A stretch of 64,000 bases of DNA from Candidatus Fervidifonticultor sextus (GTDB taxonomy: Bacteria; Sysuimicrobiota; Sysuimicrobiia; Sysuimicrobiales; Humicultoraceae): NCBI GenBank assembly GCA_031459875.1, contig JAVKHQ010000007.1:1-64000 (forward strand), given 5' to 3'. A program made the position numbers and the translations under genes. Below the pieces are notes generated by a model that was not told the DNA's origin, did no database searches, and was given only the letters and a program-made list of their open reading frames with translations. The stretch's first letter is position 1, and each line of letters begins with the position of its first letter. Below are positions 60,697 to 64,000 of this stretch, piece after piece.

Positions 60697-62274
60697 GTGC
60701 GAGAGCGACGAGGGATGGCAGTCCTGCTGGGGCTCGCCCTGGTGGCCGGGACCTTGCTGCCGGCGGCCGGCGGGCCGGCCGCCGCTGGCGGCGTGGTGTT
60801 CCCCATCGTGGGGGACCCGATCTTCAACCCATGGCACCCGCGGGCGTTCATCGAGTCAATTCCTCCCAACCGGGTCCTCTTCAACGGGCTGACGAAAATC
60901 GGCAAAGACCGCCAGCCCGCGCCCGACCTGGCCGAGCGGTGGGAGATCTCGCCCGACGGGCTGGTCTGGACGTTCCACCTGCGCAGGGGCGTCAAGTGGC
61001 ACGACGGCCGCGACTTCACCGCCGACGACGTGAAGTTCACCTACGACCTCGTCATCAACCCGCGCCTGGGGGCCCAGAACGCCGGGGCGTTCCGGGCCCT
61101 CAAGGAAGTCAGGGTCGTCGATGCCAGCACCGTGCAGCTGGTGCTGGAGACGCCCGTGGCGAGCCTGGGCGCGCTGGTGGCCACCAACGCCGGGATTATC
61201 CCCCGTCACGGCTTTGCCGGCGTGAGCGACCCCTGGACCCACGACGCCTTCAACAAGCGGGCGCCCGTCGGCACCGGCGCCTTCAAGATCCGGCAGTACG
61301 TGGCGGGGTCGTTCGTGGTGCTGGAGCGCAACCCGGCCTACTTTGCCGGCGCGCCCACCATCGAGACGGTCACCTTCAAGGTCCTGCCTGACGTGAACGC
61401 CCAGGTGGCCCAGTTGCTTGCCGGCGACCTGACGCTCATCTTCATCGACAACCCGGCGCTGGTCCGGGCCGTCCAGCGGAATCCCAACGTGGAGATCTCC
61501 ACGGTCCCCGAGGCCACCTTCTACTGGGTCGCCCCGCACTTCGGTAACCGGCTCTTCCAGGACCGGCGCGTGCGGCAGGCCATCATGCACTCGTGGGATC
61601 GCCCGGCCATGATCAGGGGATTCCTGGAAGGCTTCGCGACCCCGGCCAGCGGGCCGATCTCCCCGGCGCTGGGCACCTACTACAACCCCAACGTGAAGAC
61701 CTACGAATTCGACAGGGCCAAGGCCCGGGCGCTGCTGGCCGAGGCCGGCTGGCAGATGGGCCCCGACGGCGTCCTGGTCAAGGACGGCCAGCGGTTCCGC
61801 GTCACGCTCACCTACCCCACCGTGCAGTACTTCGAGCCCCTGGCCGCGTTGATCCAGCAGTACCTGCGGGCGGTGGGCATCGAGGTCGCCCTCGACGGCC
61901 TGGAGTTCAACCAGTTCATCGCCCAGCGCTTCCTGCCCAAGCGCTACGAACTCATTGCCGGATGGTGGCGGTATCCGCCCGATCCGGACATGTTCCCCTA
62001 CCTCCACAGCAGCAACGCCGAGCGCGGGTTCAACGTGCCGGCCTACAGGAATGCCGAGGTGGACCGGTGGCTCGAGGAAGGCCGCAAGGCCACCACGGCG
62101 CGCGACCGCCAGCGCGCCTACGCCAGGCTCCAGGAACTGGTCGCCGAGGATCTGCCCTACCTCTACCTCTGGTGGCCGAACGAGATCCGGGCGATCAGCA
62201 AGCGCCTCAAGGGCGTGCCATCCATCGGGCTGCGGGACGGCTTCCAGTACATGCACGAGTGGAGGCTGGAGTAG
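60697..62274 (+). CDS. Peptide/nickel ABC substrate-binding protein (SBP family 5)
   Basis: PDLAERWEIS.DG..WTFHLR.GVKWHDG.FTADDV, PVGTGAF. Confidence 0.93.
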   Translation: MRERRGMAVLLGLALVAGTLLPAAGGPAAAGGVVFPIVGDPIFNPWHPRAFIESIPPNRVLFNGLTKIGKDRQPAPDLAERWEISPDGLVWTFHLRRGVKWHDGRDFTADDVKFTYDLVINPRLGAQNAGAFRALKEVRVVDASTVQLVLETPVASLGALVATNAGIIPRHGFAGVSDPWTHDAFNKRAPVGTGAFKIRQYVAGSFVVLERNPAYFAGAPTIETVTFKVLPDVNAQVAQLLAGDLTLIFIDNPALVRAVQRNPNVEISTVPEATFYWVAPHFGNRLFQDRRVRQAIMHSWDRPAMIRGFLEGFATPASGPISPALGTYYNPNVKTYEFDRAKARALLAEAGWQMGPDGVLVKDGQRFRVTLTYPTVQYFEPLAALIQQYLRAVGIEVALDGLEFNQFIAQRFLPKRYELIAGWWRYPPDPDMFPYLHSSNAERGFNVPAYRNAEVDRWLEEGRKATTARDRQRAYARLQELVAEDLPYLYLWWPNEIRAISKRLKGVPSIGLRDGFQYMHEWRLE

Positions 62275-62275
62275 T

Positions 62276-63223
62276 CTGAGCCGCTACCTCCTCCAGCGTG
62301 CGGCCCAGGCACTGGTCGTCCTCTTCGTCGTCTCCACCATCACCTTCGTGATGGTCAGCCTGGCCCCGGGCGGGCCGGCTATCATGACGACGATGGAGAC
62401 CACGCCCGAGATGCGCGAAGCCCACCGGCGGCGGCTGGGGCTCGACCAGCCGCTGCCAGTGCGGTTCGTGAAGTGGACGGCCGCGGCCGTCCGGGCGGAC
62501 TTCGGCCGGTCGTTCAACGACGGGCGCCGCGTCGGCGAGGTGATCCGGGAGCGCCTGCCCAACACGCTGCTGCTTGGGGGCGCGGCGCTCCTGCTGTCCG
62601 TCCTGATCGGGATCCCCGCCGGCATCGTGTCGGCCACGCGCCGGGCGTCGCCGGTCGACTACACCGTCACCTTCTTGAGTTTCATCGGCGTCTCGATCCC
62701 GGCCTTCTGGTTCGCGATCCTCCTCATCCTCCTCTTCTCGGTCCGGCTGGACTGGCTGCCGGCCTCCGGCATGGCCACCATCGGGGCTCCCTTCTCGCTG
62801 GCCGACCGGCTCCTCCACCTGATCATGCCGGCATTCGTCCTGGCGACGGCCACCATGCCCGGCCTGGTGCGGTTCATGCGGTCGGCCCTGCTGGAGGAAC
62901 TCGGGCAGGACTACGTGCGCACCGCGCGGGCCAAGGGTCTGGCCGGCCGCCGGGTCCTCACCCGTCATGCGATCCGCAACGCCCTCATCCCCGTCGTCAC
63001 CATCCTGGGCGTGCTCATCCCCCGGCTGGTGGGCGGGGCGGTCATCACCGAGACGATCTTTGGCTGGCCGGGCATGGGACAACTGGCGGTCGCGTCCACC
63101 GTGGGACGCGACTACCCGCTGGTCATGGGCCTGACCGTCGTGGTGGCCATCGTGGTCGTGTTCTCCAACCTGGTCGTGGACCTGGCCTACGGCTGGCTCG
63201 ACCCCCGCATCACCTATGGGTAG
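62276..63223 (+). CDS. DppB/OppB-like permease (apparent CTG start)
   Basis: (L/M)SRYLLQRAAQ, GLDQP, DYVRTARAKG, ETIFGWPGMG, LDPRI. Confidence 0.9.
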   Translation: MSRYLLQRAAQALVVLFVVSTITFVMVSLAPGGPAIMTTMETTPEMREAHRRRLGLDQPLPVRFVKWTAAAVRADFGRSFNDGRRVGEVIRERLPNTLLLGGAALLLSVLIGIPAGIVSATRRASPVDYTVTFLSFIGVSIPAFWFAILLILLFSVRLDWLPASGMATIGAPFSLADRLLHLIMPAFVLATATMPGLVRFMRSALLEELGQDYVRTARAKGLAGRRVLTRHAIRNALIPVVTILGVLIPRLVGGAVITETIFGWPGMGQLAVASTVGRDYPLVMGLTVVVAIVVVFSNLVVDLAYGWLDPRITYG

Positions 63224-63231
63224 CGCGGCGC

Positions 63232-64000
63232 GTGGCTAGCACGCGGTTCCGGACGGCGGTGGCTCCCCCATCCCGCGGGACGGTGGCGCTGGTGGGTGCG
63301 GCGCCTGCGCGGACGCTGTGGCGGACGGCCGCCAGACGCCTGCGCCGCAACCCCCCCGCCATGATCTCCATCGTGTTCCTGGCAGCCATCCACCTCGTGG
63401 CGGCCGTAGGGGTGGGGGTGCTGCCGCACGATCCTTTTGCGACCAATCCGCTGGAATCGCTGCGGGCAGGCAGCCTCCAGCACCCTCTGGGCACCGATGA
63501 GGTCGGCCGGGACGTCCTGGCCCGGCTGGTGCTGGGCTCCCGCGTCTCGCTGGCGGTCGGGTTCGTCGCCATGGCCATCTCCGTGCTGGTGGGCGTCGCG
63601 GTCGGGGCGGCGGCGGGCTACCTCGGACGGTGGATCGATGTGGTCCTGATGCGCTTCACCGACGCGATGATGGCGCTGCCGACTCTCTTCGTGGTCCTGG
63701 CCGCCCTGGCCGTCTTCGGCGGCGGGCCCATCACGGCCACGGTGGTGATCGGCCTGACCGCCTGGATGCCGGTGGCACGCGTCGTGCGCGGCGAGTACCT
63801 CCGGTGGCGGGTGAGCGAGTTCGTGGACGCCGCCAGGGCCGTCGGGGGGAGCGACCTGCGCATCATGCTGCGCCACATCCTGCCCCAGGTGGTCCCGTCG
63901 ATCATCGTGGCGGCCACCCTGAACATCGCGTTTGCCATCCTGACCGAGTCGGCCATCTCCTACCTGGGGCTGGGCATCCGGCCGCCGCTGCCGTCCTGGG
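63232..64000 (+). CDS. DppC/OppC-like permease (runs off window edge)
   Basis: RRLRRNP, HPLGTDEVGRD, EFVDAARAVG, ESAISYLGLG. Confidence 0.9.
   Translation, partial: MASTRFRTAVAPPSRGTVALVGAAPARTLWRTAARRLRRNPPAMISIVFLAAIHLVAAVGVGVLPHDPFATNPLESLRAGSLQHPLGTDEVGRDVLARLVLGSRVSLAVGFVAMAISVLVGVAVGAAAGYLGRWIDVVLMRFTDAMMALPTLFVVLAALAVFGGGPITATVVIGLTAWMPVARVVRGEYLRWRVSEFVDAARAVGGSDLRIMLRHILPQVVPSIIVAATLNIAFAILTESAISYLGLGIRPPLPSW

Overview
This is a very GC-rich (~70% by eye) bacterial chromosomal window with dense, mostly metabolic gene content. Periplasmic binding proteins without a lipoprotein cysteine and a probable outer-membrane barrel suggest a diderm host; the lineage cannot be proven from sequence alone. 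Left to right it holds: tctABC and carAB behind a promoter overlapped by tandem ARG boxes; a NitT/TauT ABC system whose ATPase is frameshifted; a sugar ABC importer with a GH63 glycosylglycerate-hydrolase-like gene; a stress/alpha-glucan block (site-2 protease, USP, Kef-type antiporter, TreS-Mak fusion, glgB, fused otsAB); a lone gltB controlled by a ykkC-type (ppGpp-like) riboswitch; a nucleotidyltransferase with a small partner ORF; queT and queF; an orphan XDH-family Mo subunit; tRNA-Ala with a decayed 1.4-kb integrated islet; a GT-C/methyltransferase/ANL-ligase/GT2 surface-modification cluster; ybaK; a Ski2/HelY-like helicase between two TA modules (one broken); a LacI-controlled TRAP/aldolase/isomerase/ribulokinase cluster; four minor pilins; and a racemase/Lrp/Opp operon. 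The best candidate for an undescribed system is the TRAP cluster, which reads as a 2-keto-3-deoxy sugar acid (possibly KDO) to D-arabinose to D-ribulose-5-P pathway. The ppGpp-type ON switch on gltB and the four-gene glycan-modification cluster are next. All calls come from reading motifs by eye; no database searches were run.
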